In this document: positions 29,661 through 40,618 of the stretch, piece by piece | Layout: every line of letters begins with the position of its first letter | Position numbering within the stretch: the stretch's first letter is position 1 | Origin: an uncultured delta proteobacterium | GTDB taxonomy: Bacteria; Myxococcota_A; Polyangia; Polyangiales; Polyangiaceae | Assembly: GCA_963696385.1 (NCBI GenBank) | Contig: CAVOKF010000001.1 | Location: forward strand, 192,001 to 256,000 | Length of the DNA: 64,000 nucleotides | Direction: 5' to 3' | Made by a program: the position numbers and the translations under genes | The notes under the pieces: generated by a model | Told to the model about the DNA's origin: nothing | The model's input: only the letters and a program-made list of their open reading frames with translations | Database searches by the model: none

Positions 29661-30986
29661 ATGGCGCCGATGTTCGTAATGGACGACTGGGTTTCTTCGG
29701 ACGTGCAGAGTGGCGAGCGCGCTCTGACAGACCGAGTCATTCCGGGTCCCGGTTCGATCGTCGGCGGCAGCTACCGCATCATCCGCCCTCTCGGAGCGGG
29801 CTCGATGGGCGTGGTCGTTCTCGCGCACGACGAGACGCTCGACCGCCCCGTCGCCATCAAGTTCACCCGCCCGAATTTCTTCGGCCCGAGCCTCCAAAAG
29901 TGTTTTCTCGACGAAGCTCGCGCGATGGCGCGGTTCAACCACCCGAATGTTCTGCAGGTCTACGGCCTCGGCGAACACGACGGAGCACCGTACATCGTCA
30001 TGGAATTCGTCGAAGGTCGTACGCTGGCGCAGTGGCTCGAGGAGCGTGACTCGCCTCCGGATTTGGAGATCGTATTTCGCATTCTTGACGACGTCTGTTT
30101 GGGCATGGCCGCGATTCATTTGCGCGACACCGTTCACCACGACCTCAAGCCCAGCAATATTCTTCTCGACGACCAGCTCCGAGCGCGAGTGGCGGACCTC
30201 GGGCTTGCGGCTCTCTGCCGACGAGACCGGCCGAGTCCGTCCGAACTCGTCGGCACCCCAGCCTACATGGCGCCGGAGATCGCATTTTCGAAAGGCTGCG
30301 ATCCTGCGTTGCGCTCGCGTGCCGACGTCTACTCGCTCGCTTGCCTCTCGTACGAGCTTTTTACGGGGCGCCCGCCTTTCGACGGAGCGGGGACCATGGG
30401 AATTCTGCTTCGGCACGCCATGGAGCCCGTCGTTCCACCGAGCGCATTTCGCGCCGGTCTCCCCGAGGCGCTGGATCGGGTGCTTCTCGACGCTCTGGCC
30501 AAGGACCCCCGGGAGCGGACTGCATCGGTCGAGACGTTTCGTTGCGACCTTCTCGCGTCGCATCGGGCAAGCCTCGACCCCAGGCGGATTCTGATTGCGG
30601 ACGACAATGACGCCTTTCGAGAAGGCCTGAAAGCCATCTTGGCTCAGGAGTTTCCGAATGCCGATTTCGAATGCGTGCCGGACGGCATCGCCGCCCTGGA
30701 AGCCTTCGAGCGGACTGTTCCCTCGATGGCCATTTTGGATCTTCAGATGCCCGGAATCGACGGCATGGCTCTCACCCAGCGTTTCCGCCAGCGCATTGGT
30801 TCTGCGGCGATGCCGATCGTCGTGTTGACCGCATCGGGAGGCCCCGACGAGTGGCGGCAGCTCGCGAAGATGGGTGCAGATGGCTTTTTGCTCAAGCCCG
30901 TGATTGCGGTCGACGTCGTCGCATTGGTGCGGCGCACTCTGCATGGGCGAACCAACGGCGCACCGCGCATGGTGGGATCCGAGTAG
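29661..30986 (+). CDS. Ser/Thr kinase with C-terminal receiver domain
   Basis: LGAGSMGVV, VAIK, HHDLKPSN, DLG, GTPAYMAPE; then ILIADD, ILDLQMPGIDG, LTA, KP; TGGCATGAGTTCTGC at 29579. Confidence 0.9.
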   Translation: MAPMFVMDDWVSSDVQSGERALTDRVIPGPGSIVGGSYRIIRPLGAGSMGVVVLAHDETLDRPVAIKFTRPNFFGPSLQKCFLDEARAMARFNHPNVLQVYGLGEHDGAPYIVMEFVEGRTLAQWLEERDSPPDLEIVFRILDDVCLGMAAIHLRDTVHHDLKPSNILLDDQLRARVADLGLAALCRRDRPSPSELVGTPAYMAPEIAFSKGCDPALRSRADVYSLACLSYELFTGRPPFDGAGTMGILLRHAMEPVVPPSAFRAGLPEALDRVLLDALAKDPRERTASVETFRCDLLASHRASLDPRRILIADDNDAFREGLKAILAQEFPNADFECVPDGIAALEAFERTVPSMAILDLQMPGIDGMALTQRFRQRIGSAAMPIVVLTASGGPDEWRQLAKMGADGFLLKPVIAVDVVALVRRTLHGRTNGAPRMVGSE

Positions 30987-31254
30987 GGGGTGAGGGCACC
31001 CGAGGGACAGGCGCGGGCGGTCCTTTCGCTGCTCTTCGGGCGTCGGTCGCACGCCTAGCCCAATTCTAGCGGGCGCGGTCCGACCTCATGCGTTTGGCCA
31101 CTCCGGAAAGTAACCGAGCAGAGCCTCGTCGACGGTGGCTCCGAGGTTGTCCAAGTTGGCAATCCACACGCGCTCGCTGGTCATGAGCCAAAGCGGGAGT
31201 GGCGGCACGCCGCCTGCAATCCGGCCGTCTCACGACATTCAACGGAGGAATTTC

Positions 31255-31404
31255 ATGCTGATGATCGTCTTGATCGTGGTTCTCTTGCTGGCGCTGGGCG
31301 GCGGAGGTTGGGCGCATAGTCGCTACGGATACGCCGGGTGGTCGCCCGCCGGGTTGATTTTGCTCCTAATCGCGATTCTTTGGTTTACGGGAAATCTGCG
31401 TTGA
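31255..31404 (+). CDS. Small membrane protein (DUF3309-like)
   Basis: GGAGG RBS; two hydrophobic helices around HSRYGY; CGGCACGCCGCCTGCA at 31203. Confidence 0.7.
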   Translation: MLMIVLIVVLLLALGGGGWAHSRYGYAGWSPAGLILLLIAILWFTGNLR

Positions 31405-31649
31405 AGGTCGGTTCGGCGTCACTCCCATCCGTGCGAATTCACGACGCGTCGCTCGGCACGTGCGGGATTTCCACTCAGGATGCGGCTGGCGACTCCGGGG
31501 CCTCTCGATCCTTGCGTACAGCGTAGCGGTCGCGTGTGGGCGCAGAAGATGCGGGTACGGCGAGGGTGAGAGTCCCTGGGAGCGAGGCCGCGCCCACATG
31601 GCCGGGCGGGTCGGGTGCTGTGGCCTGTTTCTTGAACGTGGAGTGTCGA

Positions 31650-32717
31650 ATGGGAACCGAAGTCGAGAACCATCGCCTTCTGGACATGAAACCACAGCGG
31701 CACGAGGCCAAGTCGCTCGCGCGTCACGGCGGAATCGGCCGGATTGTCGTCTGCTTGGATCACTCGTCGTTTTCGGACGCCGCGCTCGGGCATGCGATTT
31801 CCATCGCCAAGACGTTCGACAGCGCCATCACGCTCCTCTACGTGCTTCAGCCAGCCCACGAGACGGCGGTCCTGCACACGACGGACGCCTTCAGCTGGGA
31901 GATTGCGCGGAAAGAGGCGGGAGCCTACCTCGAGCAACTCCAGACGAAGACCGCCCAAGCCACCGGCCTGCAGGTCGACTGGCGGCTCGAGCAAGGTCAT
32001 CCCGCAGAGCGCATCATGTCGCTCGCTCGCGAGCTCGGTGCCGATCTCATCGTGCTCGGAAGTCACGGCGAGAGCGGGGCGAGGGAGTGGGGCCTCGGCA
32101 GCACCGCGCAGCAGGTGCTGTCGGTGGCGCGGGTATCGGTCCTGGTTGCGCGCAGGGTGGCGGGCCACGCGCAAGACGAACCGGCGCCGAAGCGGATCCT
32201 GCTGCCGCTCGATGGTTCGTTGCGCGCGGAGAGCGTTCTGCCGACCGCCGCCCGCATCGCCAGGGCGCATGGCGCGGAGATCCTGCTCGCACACGTCGTC
32301 GCGGAGCCTTGCATGACCGCCATGCTGCACGCCGGCGACGACCTCGACCGTGCGCGTCGGGTCGCCACGAGCCTCGAGTCTTCTGCGGCGCGATACCTCG
32401 ATGACCTTTGCCATCAACTCGGGCGTGAGGGCTTGGCCGTGCGCGCCATCGTGGTGCGCCGCGCCGACGAGCGCCAGTCGCTGCTCGACGTCGTGCTCGC
32501 CGAGGGGGTGGATTGGGTCGTGCTCTCGGCGCACGGAAACACGTGCAATCCCGCCCAATCGTTCGGGAGCGTGACCACCCATATGCTCGCCCACACGTCG
32601 GTCCCGATCCTGGTTCTTCAGGACCTTCCCGAAGGCGAGACCGACCGCGCCCGAGAACTCGCCGAAAAGGACATGGCGCCCGAGCTTCGGGCGAGCTTCA
32701 CGGAGGGGCAAGTTTGA
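31650..32717 (+). CDS. Tandem universal stress protein
   Basis: RIVVCLD.S, G.PAE.I, DLIVLGSHG, LGSTA; RILLPLDGS, SAHG, GSVT. Confidence 0.9.
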   Translation: MGTEVENHRLLDMKPQRHEAKSLARHGGIGRIVVCLDHSSFSDAALGHAISIAKTFDSAITLLYVLQPAHETAVLHTTDAFSWEIARKEAGAYLEQLQTKTAQATGLQVDWRLEQGHPAERIMSLARELGADLIVLGSHGESGAREWGLGSTAQQVLSVARVSVLVARRVAGHAQDEPAPKRILLPLDGSLRAESVLPTAARIARAHGAEILLAHVVAEPCMTAMLHAGDDLDRARRVATSLESSAARYLDDLCHQLGREGLAVRAIVVRRADERQSLLDVVLAEGVDWVVLSAHGNTCNPAQSFGSVTTHMLAHTSVPILVLQDLPEGETDRARELAEKDMAPELRASFTEGQV

Positions 32718-34015
32718 CAGCAGCGATCGAGGCGGGCGAGGCGCCCGGCTACGCGACAGAGGCCGAGGCGCTCGAGCAACGGGCGCGATCTCTCGCCGCA
32801 TCGCACGGTGCGATCGAGCGCCCGCGCCGCGCCGTGGCCGACTTTCTGGACGCGCCGACCATCGCGCTCTCTCTCGAGCAAGCCCAACGGCGCCTCGCCT
32901 CCGATCATTCAGCAGACGCGGCGCTGCGCAAGCCGGCCGAGTGGTTTCTCGACAACTACTACCTGATCCGTCGGGCGGCGCGGCAGGTCGCAGAGGATCT
33001 TCCACGCGGCTTCGTACGGCGACTGCCGGTGCTCGCCAGCGGCCCGGCGAGCGGACTTCCGAGACTATGCGATCTCGCCAGCGCACTGGTCGTCGACAAG
33101 CCCATCGAAGTGGACGCGGCCGTCCTGCAGCGATTCATTCATGCCTATCAACAGATCGCGACGCTGACGATCGCCGAGCTTTGGGCTCTTCCGGCGATGC
33201 TGCGTTTCGCGGTTCTCGGCGGACTTGTGGATGACCTGCGCAAGCTGCACGTCGTTGACGCGGGGCCCGGGACCGCGACGGCGGAACCCGCACTTCATCC
33301 GGCAACGGATGTCGAGCGGTCGATTCGCCTGCTGCGTCTGCTCGCGGAAGTCGACTGGAGCGGGTTCTTCGAGAAAAACAGTCGTGTTGAAGCCATCCTG
33401 CGGGGTGACCCCGCGCATGTCTACGAGCGCATGGATTTCGCGACGTGCGACGCATACCGCAAAGCGGTCGAAGAGCTCGCGTGGGCGTCCGGCGCCACCG
33501 AAGGCGAAGTCGCCGATCGCGCCGTGGCTCTCGCCCATGGAGGCACGCCCGACCTGCGCCGCGGACATGTCGGCTTCTATCTCGTCGGTGCGGGGCGCGG
33601 TCTGCTCGAACGCGCCGTCCGATACCGGCCCGCGGGGATCGACCGATTGCGGCGCGCCTTGAGACGTTGGCCGACGCCCGCGTACCTCCTGCCGGTCGCC
33701 CTCGCGACCGCGGCGCCGCTGGGGGCCGTTGCTGGGTATGCCGCACACGCGGGTGGGCATGCGCTTTCGATCGCGGTGGCCGTCGCGCTCGCCCTGGTGC
33801 CGGCATCGGTCGTCGCGATTGCTCTCGTGCAGCGAATCTTCGCGCAGCTGCTGCCGCCTCGCGTTCTGCCGAAGCTCGACTTCTCGAAGGGGCTGCCCGA
33901 CGACGCGCGAGCTCTCGTGGTCATGCCGACCTTGCTCGGACAGGCCGCGGACGTCGAAGCTCGGCTCGCCCGATCGACGACCGTCGCTCGTCGGCGCGGC
34001 CGGAGCGTCCGGTAG
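32714..34015 (+). pseudogene. Truncated N-terminus of a cyclic beta-1,2-glucan synthase (Cgs/NdvB/ChvB-like)
   Basis: AEWFLDNYYLI, DLP.G...RLP.L, LTIAELWA.P.MLR, FFE..S.VE.IL..DP..VY..MDF.T.D.YR, PR.LPKLDFS.G.P...LVV.PTLL; similarity stops at about 430 aa, while the family is far longer. Confidence 0.8.
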
Positions 34016-34063
34016 CCCCGTCGTTACGCCGAAGGACGCCGGACCGTGCTGACGAGTCCGTGG

Positions 34064-34266
<203 letters not shown>

Positions 34267-34347
34267 CGTCCTTGATTTCAAGTATCCCTCAGCATCATCG
34301 GTCTCCCGGATAGGTACGCGCGGGGGCGGGTGCGTAAGCTAGGTCGC

Positions 34348-35901
34348 ATGACCTTGGCGCACACCGCCGCCGATTGGGAGACGCGCCGCGAAGGGCCCTT
34401 CGCCGTAGGGCGAAGCGGTCGAACGCCCGGGAGAGCGGATGCGGCAATCCGTGCGCGCGTCCTCGTGGTCGACGACGACGACGACGCGCGCGTGGCGCTC
34501 GAAAGACTGCTCCGCGCGGACGGATTCGCGACTTCGACGGCGCCGGATGGCGAGACCGCCATCGCTGAAGCGAGCCGTGCGCGGCCCCACGTCGTTCTCA
34601 CGGACCTGCAGATGCACCCGCTCGACGGCGTCGAGTTGTGCCGGCGCCTGCACGAGATCGATCGCGATCTGCCGGTCATCGTGATGACCGCCCACTCCGA
34701 CATGCAGTCGGTGATCGAGAGCTTGCGGGTTGGGGCCGAGGACTATCTGCTCAAGCCCTTGGAGTACGACGCGGTCCGCTGGTGCGTGGAGCGCGCCGTC
34801 GCGCGCCGCACCGAGAAACTCGAGGCCGAGCGCCAGCGCGCCCAGATTGGCGCGCTGCTCGGCAACCTGAGCGAAGGCGTCGTCATCGCCGACGCGAGCG
34901 GCACCATCTTGATGATCAACGATGCCGCGCGCGCCATCCTCGGCGTCGGGGACGAAGATCTGCGCACCCTCGATGCACTGGACTCGCTGGCGGTGCACGA
35001 TCTGAGGGGGCGGCCGCTCTGCAGCGCAGAGCGACCTCTCGTGCGCGCACTGCGGGGCGAGCCGTACGTGGACTACGAGGTGGTGCTGCGAATGAAATCG
35101 AACGGCGAGCCGCGTCGCGTCGTGTCGACGGGAACGAGCACGAGAGACGCCGGCGGCAACGTTTCCTTGGCGATCGTCTTGTTTCGCGACGTCACGGATC
35201 TGAGACGTCTGGAGCAGCAGCGCGACGAATACGTGGAGCTCATTTCCCACGACCTTCGCAATCCCCTGAGCAGCACCCTGATGTTCCTGTCGACGCTCAA
35301 GCGCGCCGTCGAGAAGACGGGCAAGGCCGAGGACATGCAGCTCGCCGAACGCGCGGAACGCAACCTCTGGCGAATGAACGCGATGCTCGACGAGATCACG
35401 CAGGCGGCGAGCCTCGAGTCGGAATCGGTCGCCCTGCGTCCGGTGACGTGCGATTTGCGCGAGATCGTCGACCGGGTCGTCGATCCCATGGATGACGCTC
35501 GCGCGCGCCGCATCACGATCGAGACCGATGAGGCATCGCCCTACCTCGTCTGCGGCGACGCATCGCAGCTCGAGCGTGTCGTTGCCAACCTCATCACGAA
35601 TGCGCTCAAATACTCCGCCGACGAGACTCCCGTGAGCCTGTGGCTCGCGCGTACGGGCAGCGAAGTCGGTCTTTGCGTGATCGATCGCGGCATCGGCATC
35701 GCGCCCGAGAGCCTGGTGACGCTCTTCGATCGGTACCACAGGACCACGGCGGGCAAGGCGCATGCAAGCGGTCTCGGGCTTGGCCTCTACATCGCGCGCC
35801 AGATTGTCGAAGCACACCACGGCCAGATCCAGGTTTTCAGCGAGGTCGGCAAGGGCAGCACGTTCAGGCTCACGTTGCCGGCCGACACTCGGACGGGCTA
35901 A
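34348..35901 (+). CDS. REC-PAS-histidine kinase
   Basis: LVVDDD, LTDLQM; SHDLRNPL; NLITNALKYS, DRGIGI, GLGLGL. Confidence 0.9.
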   Translation: MTLAHTAADWETRREGPFAVGRSGRTPGRADAAIRARVLVVDDDDDARVALERLLRADGFATSTAPDGETAIAEASRARPHVVLTDLQMHPLDGVELCRRLHEIDRDLPVIVMTAHSDMQSVIESLRVGAEDYLLKPLEYDAVRWCVERAVARRTEKLEAERQRAQIGALLGNLSEGVVIADASGTILMINDAARAILGVGDEDLRTLDALDSLAVHDLRGRPLCSAERPLVRALRGEPYVDYEVVLRMKSNGEPRRVVSTGTSTRDAGGNVSLAIVLFRDVTDLRRLEQQRDEYVELISHDLRNPLSSTLMFLSTLKRAVEKTGKAEDMQLAERAERNLWRMNAMLDEITQAASLESESVALRPVTCDLREIVDRVVDPMDDARARRITIETDEASPYLVCGDASQLERVVANLITNALKYSADETPVSLWLARTGSEVGLCVIDRGIGIAPESLVTLFDRYHRTTAGKAHASGLGLGLYIARQIVEAHHGQIQVFSEVGKGSTFRLTLPADTRTG

Positions 35902-35935
35902 TCCGATGCTGCACTGGAGAGGGTGAGGGTGCGGG

Positions 35936-38362
35936 ATGGCTCTTGAAGCGCAGCCAAGGGGTTCGACGGGCGCGAGCCGGGCGACGCCCGACTTCCGATT
36001 CCTGTTTGAGTCGGCACCCGGTTGCTACCTCGTCCTTTCGCCCGACCTGACGATCGTCGCGGTGAGCGACGCGTATCTGCGCGCGACCATGACCCAGCGG
36101 GACGAGATCGTGGGCCGTGGCATTTTTGACGTGTTCCCGGACAACCCGGGCGACCCTGCGGCGACGGGCGTCGCCAACCTGCGCGCGTCGCTCGGTCGGG
36201 TGCTGGCCCAAGGGCGACCCGACACGATGGCCGTGCAGAAGTACGACATTCGACGCCCGGACTCCGATGGCGGTGGCTTCGAAGAGCGCTACTGGAGCCC
36301 GGTGAACTCTCCGTTGATCGGCGACGACGGGCGGGTCGTCTACGTCCTTCATCACGTCGAAGACGTGACCGAGAAGGTCCGCTTGCAGCAGAAGGAAGGG
36401 GAACAGGACAGGGCTATCCGCGAGCTCTTCATTCGGTCCGAAAGCCGCTTTGGCCAGCTGCTCGATGCGGCGCCGGACGCCATGGTGGTCGTCGGAGACG
36501 ACGGACGCATCGACTTCGTCAACGTGCAGACCGAGAAAGTCTTCGGGTACACCCGCGCGGAGCTTGTCGGACAACCCCTCGCGATCTTGGTTCCCGAGCG
36601 ATTCCAGACGGCGCACGCCGGACACGAGGCTCGATTTTTCACGAGCCCGAGCGCGCGGACGATGGGCTCGGGGTTGGAGCTCTTCGGTCGACGCAAGGAT
36701 GGCACCGAGCTGCCCATCGAGGTGAGCCTCAGCCCCCTCCGCGACGAACACGGCACGACGGTTTCGGCGTCGATTCGCGACATCAGCGAGCGCAAGCGCA
36801 TGGAGGCCGCCGCGAAGCTGACCGCCGACCGCTTGGCAAGCGCCGTCGAAAGCATCCAAGATGCCTTTGCGCTTTTCGACGACGGCGATCGGCTGGTTCT
36901 CTGCAATAGCGCCTATCGGCGCCTCGTCGGTGAGTCGCTCCCTGGCCCGCTCGTCGGCAGGTCGTACCGAGATGTTCTCGACGCGTGGACCCATGACATC
37001 GACTTTCCCGCGGAGGCCGCGCGCCAGCATTTCGTGGACGATCGCATCGCGCGGCGACGCCACGACCAGACGACGACGTTCGACGTTCGCATGCGCGACG
37101 GGCGCAGCCTACGTGTCATCGATCGACGCACCGCCGAAGGGGGGATCGTCAAGACGATCTGGGATCGGACCGACGACGAGCGCCGGGCCGAAGATCTCCG
37201 CCAGGCGCGCGCCGCGGCGGAAGCGGGCAGCGCGGCCAAGAGCGACTTTCTCTCCTCGATGAGCCATGAGCTCCGGACTCCCTTGAACGCAATCCTCGGT
37301 TTCGCGCAGCTCCTTCAGAGAGACAAGAGGGATCCGCTCGCGGAGCGTCACAGAGAGCGGGTCGATCAGATCCTCAGGGGGGGCGAACACCTGCTGCGCC
37401 TCATCGACGACATCTTGGACCTGTCGCGCATCGAGGCGGGCGCCGTCTCGATCTCCACCGAGCCGATCGGCGTCGTCGACGTGCTCGACGAGGTGAAGCG
37501 CACGCTCGCGACGATGGCGGCTCGCCAGGACATTCACGTCACGCTCGAAGCGTTGCCCCCCGATCTTCCCTTGGTGGCCGTGGACAGGACTCGGTTTGCG
37601 CAGATCCTCATGAACTTCGGGTCCAACGCGATCAAGTACAATCGCCCGGCGGGAAACGTGGCGTTTACCGTATCCATGTCCGGGCCCGATCGAGTGCGTG
37701 TCGCGGTCCGAGACACGGGCATCGGGATCCCCGCCGACAAGCAGGCCAAGCTCTTTCAGCCGTTCCAGAGGGCGGGACAAGAGACGGGACCGATCGAGGG
37801 AACGGGAATCGGACTCGTCATCACCCGACGTCTTGCGCAGCTGATGGGCGGAGACGTGGGCTTTCGAAGCGTTTCGGGAGAAGGGTCCGAGTTCTGGGTG
37901 GACATGCCGGTGCACGCGCCCGTCATGCGCTCGGTCGCACCGCCTGCGCCAGGCGACGAGGCCGTGAGACCGGTCGCACTGGAGGGGCGCCGGCTGGTGC
38001 TCTACGTGGAGGATCACCCGGCGAACGTCTCGTTCATGAAGGACCTGGTCAGCACGTTCGACAACATCGACCTTCTCGCGGTGCCAACCGCAGAGATGGG
38101 GCTCGAGGTCGCAGGCAAACGCCATCCGGAGGTCATCATCATGGACATCAACTTGCCTGGAATGAGCGGGGTCGAGGCGCTCCGCGCCCTGCGCGGCGCG
38201 CCCGAGACGAAGGACATCCCCGTCATCGCGCTCACGGCGGCAGCTTCCGAGCGGGACAGGCAGCGGGGCATCCAAATCGGTTTTTTCCGGTATCTGACCA
38301 AGCCCGTGAAGGTGGACGAGCTCGTCAGCGCGCTGTCGGCCCTGCTCGCTTCACCCCGCTGA
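35936..38362 (+). CDS. Multi-PAS hybrid histidine kinase
   Basis: ERYWSPVNSP PAS, GRRKDG PAC, MSHELRTPLNAILGF, NAIKYN, GTGIGL, receiver LYVED...MDINLP...KP. Confidence 0.93.
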   Translation: MALEAQPRGSTGASRATPDFRFLFESAPGCYLVLSPDLTIVAVSDAYLRATMTQRDEIVGRGIFDVFPDNPGDPAATGVANLRASLGRVLAQGRPDTMAVQKYDIRRPDSDGGGFEERYWSPVNSPLIGDDGRVVYVLHHVEDVTEKVRLQQKEGEQDRAIRELFIRSESRFGQLLDAAPDAMVVVGDDGRIDFVNVQTEKVFGYTRAELVGQPLAILVPERFQTAHAGHEARFFTSPSARTMGSGLELFGRRKDGTELPIEVSLSPLRDEHGTTVSASIRDISERKRMEAAAKLTADRLASAVESIQDAFALFDDGDRLVLCNSAYRRLVGESLPGPLVGRSYRDVLDAWTHDIDFPAEAARQHFVDDRIARRRHDQTTTFDVRMRDGRSLRVIDRRTAEGGIVKTIWDRTDDERRAEDLRQARAAAEAGSAAKSDFLSSMSHELRTPLNAILGFAQLLQRDKRDPLAERHRERVDQILRGGEHLLRLIDDILDLSRIEAGAVSISTEPIGVVDVLDEVKRTLATMAARQDIHVTLEALPPDLPLVAVDRTRFAQILMNFGSNAIKYNRPAGNVAFTVSMSGPDRVRVAVRDTGIGIPADKQAKLFQPFQRAGQETGPIEGTGIGLVITRRLAQLMGGDVGFRSVSGEGSEFWVDMPVHAPVMRSVAPPAPGDEAVRPVALEGRRLVLYVEDHPANVSFMKDLVSTFDNIDLLAVPTAEMGLEVAGKRHPEVIIMDINLPGMSGVEALRALRGAPETKDIPVIALTAAASERDRQRGIQIGFFRYLTKPVKVDELVSALSALLASPR

Positions 38363-38803
38363 TGCGTCCGGCGGGTACAGCCCTCGATGGAGTGCGTCCA
38401 GAGCCGAGGTGCGAGCGAGCTCGTCGAGATGCGAGTCCGCCCACTGATACAAGAGCCAATCCTCGCCTACCGCGTGCGCGTGCAGTTCGTCCGCGAGGTC
38501 CCGTACCCAGTCCGGTCGCAGCCGGTGCGAGTCGACTGCGACGCCGATCTCGGTGAGACGCGCGCGAATATGGCGGTGCTCTTCTACGAGAACCCACGCG
38601 TCGCGCTCGCGCGCGCGAACGAGCGCGGGGATCAAGTGCCCTTCCACCGTCTCGAGATGCGCGATCAGCCGGCCGCGGCACTCGGCCCAGAGCCTCGGAA
38701 CCAGGCGGCCGTCGCCCTTTGCAAAGGCGGCGAGGAGCTGTCCGAGGCGCGATTCGATCTCGTCGTAGTCGGCGAGGAACCGGTCGTGAATGGGCGTCGT
38801 CAC
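38351..38803 (-). CDS. Hemerythrin-like (HHE) protein
   Basis: AHLETVEGHLIP, EEHRHI, AHAVGED.LLY; GTGA overlap with the NtrC-type gene. Confidence 0.65.
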   Translation of the reverse strand: MTTPIHDRFLADYDEIESRLGQLLAAFAKGDGRLVPRLWAECRGRLIAHLETVEGHLIPALVRARERDAWVLVEEHRHIRARLTEIGVAVDSHRLRPDWVRDLADELHAHAVGEDWLLYQWADSHLDELARTSALDALHRGLYPPDASAG

Positions 38804-40251
38804 CCCAATCCGGCCTCCGATTCAGAGCCTGACGGGGACACGCTTTTTGCGCGCGCAGCCGGTCCGGCTTTGGGGGCCAGCGAGCGGTACAGCGTCGAAA
38901 GGTCGATCCCCAGGATCTCGGCTGCCCGCAGCTTGTTCCCGCGAGTCTCGGAGAGCACCCAGTCCATGTAGGCCCGGTTCAATTGCCGGATCGTCCACGG
39001 CGCTTGGCTCGGAAAGGGCCATGGGGAGGTCGGCGAAGCATGCGGAAGCAACGATAGGTGCTTCGAGTCGATCGTCTCGTCGACACCGAAGACGACGGCG
39101 CGCTCGATCGAGCTCGCGAGTTCGCGGACGTTGCCGGGCCACGACGACGCGGTCAGCACGCGAAGGGCGTCTTCGCCGATCGTTCGGACCGGCGACAGCG
39201 GGGCGCGCTGGCGAGCCTCGGCGAGAAACCGCGCCGCGAGGGCGGGGATGTCCTCCCGGCGATCGCGCAGGGGCGGAACGAGCACCGGCAGGACGTTCAA
39301 CCGGTAATACAGGTCTTCTCGGAATCGCCCCTCCCGGATGAGCCCGGCAAGGTCACGGTGAGTGGCCGCGATCACGCGCACGTCGACGTGATGACTGCGC
39401 TCGCTGCCCAAAGGCCGGACGTCGCCAAACTGCAGAACCCTCAGGAGCTTGGCCTGCAAGCCGATGGGCATGTCGCCAATCTCGTCGAGCAGCAGCGTGC
39501 CGCCGTCGGCTTGGGTGATCAGTCCCTTGTGCGCGTGCACCGCGCCTGTGAAAGCCCCGCGCGCGTATCCGAAGATCTCGCCCTCCAAGAGCTCCTGCGG
39601 GATGGCGGACGTATTGACCGCCACGAAGGGCCTAGGGCGACGGGCACTTCGCGCGTGGATCGCGTGAGCGACGAGATCCTTGCCCACCCCGGTCTCTCCC
39701 GTGACGAGTACGGGGGCGTTCGACCGGGCGACGAAATCGATGACGGTTTGCAGCGTTCGCATCGCGGGTCCGGTGCCGACGATCTCGATGTCCCCGTCCG
39801 CGGCGGCTGCACGAGGGCTCGCGCTTTCGCTTGGAGGCTGTCGCTCCGTCAGCGCTCGTGCCACGATCTTTCGGACCTCGTCCGCGTCGCACGGCTTGAC
39901 GAGGTAATCGAAGGCGCCACGCTTGATGGCATCGACCGCTTGGCGGATGCCGGCTGCGCCGGTGATGGCGATGAACGGCAACGCCGGATGGCTCCGCTGG
40001 ATGCGGTCCAGTAACTCGAGCCCGTTCATGCCGTTCATCCGGATGTCGCTGATGACCACGTCGAAGCGGTCGCGGTCGACGATCGGCAAGGCAGCCATCG
40101 CGCTCTCTGCGAGCTCGCAGGCATAGCCGTCGTCCGACAACGTGATCTTGAGGGCTTCGCGCATGTCGGCGTCGTCGTCCACGATCAAGACGCGCGATGG
40201 CCTCCGCATCGGCTTCTCTTCCTCGGGCTTATGGGTCATGACTTCGCTCAT
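38800..40251 (-). CDS. sigma-54-dependent response regulator (NtrC-family enhancer-binding protein)
   Basis: Receiver; GETGVGKD; GAFTGA; LLDEIGD; FREDLYYRL; WPGNVREL; HTH GNK..AA.ILGID.STLYR. Confidence 0.95.
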   Translation of the reverse strand: MSEVMTHKPEEEKPMRRPSRVLIVDDDADMREALKITLSDDGYACELAESAMAALPIVDRDRFDVVISDIRMNGMNGLELLDRIQRSHPALPFIAITGAAGIRQAVDAIKRGAFDYLVKPCDADEVRKIVARALTERQPPSESASPRAAAADGDIEIVGTGPAMRTLQTVIDFVARSNAPVLVTGETGVGKDLVAHAIHARSARRPRPFVAVNTSAIPQELLEGEIFGYARGAFTGAVHAHKGLITQADGGTLLLDEIGDMPIGLQAKLLRVLQFGDVRPLGSERSHHVDVRVIAATHRDLAGLIREGRFREDLYYRLNVLPVLVPPLRDRREDIPALAARFLAEARQRAPLSPVRTIGEDALRVLTASSWPGNVRELASSIERAVVFGVDETIDSKHLSLLPHASPTSPWPFPSQAPWTIRQLNRAYMDWVLSETRGNKLRAAEILGIDLSTLYRSLAPKAGPAARAKSVSPSGSESEAGLG

Positions 40252-40313
40252 GGCCGAATTCTCCTGGTTTCGGGTGTCACAGCACGGCGCATGCCCGAGT
40301 CGATGCGTGCCCC

Positions 40314-40348
40314 TTGTCGCAATGTCGAAGCGTGCATTTGTCGCAATG
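40314..40348. promoter_or_regulatory. Direct repeat TTGTCGCAATG x2, candidate enhancer (UAS)
   Basis: Copies at 40314-40324 and 40338-40348, between divergent sigma-54-like motifs at 40281-40296 (minus) and 40526-40541 (plus). Confidence 0.45.
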
Positions 40349-40618
40349 AGGTGTCGGGTGTCGCGCATTTCGTGCGCGAACCGGAATTGTACGCGCCGGT
40401 CGAGAGGGTCAGTCGGTCGTCGCGGCCTGTGAGACGCTCTTCTCCCCTCTCCGCGGATCTCCGCGGGCGCACGACGATCACGCGACGGTTGTCGCGCTGG
40501 CGCCACCCCGAGCGGCGACGGCGATTGGCACGCGCTCTGCCTGTGGCATGTCTACGCCGGGGCGTGCCCACTTTTGGGCGCGCGCTGGCTGGTCACTTGC
40601 CATGGGCCATGGGTGCGC

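Noticed and set aside
31621..31636. sigma-54 promoter before the Usp gene (TGGCCTGTTTCTTGAA)
   Set aside because: The -12 element reads GA rather than GC; plausible but not counted
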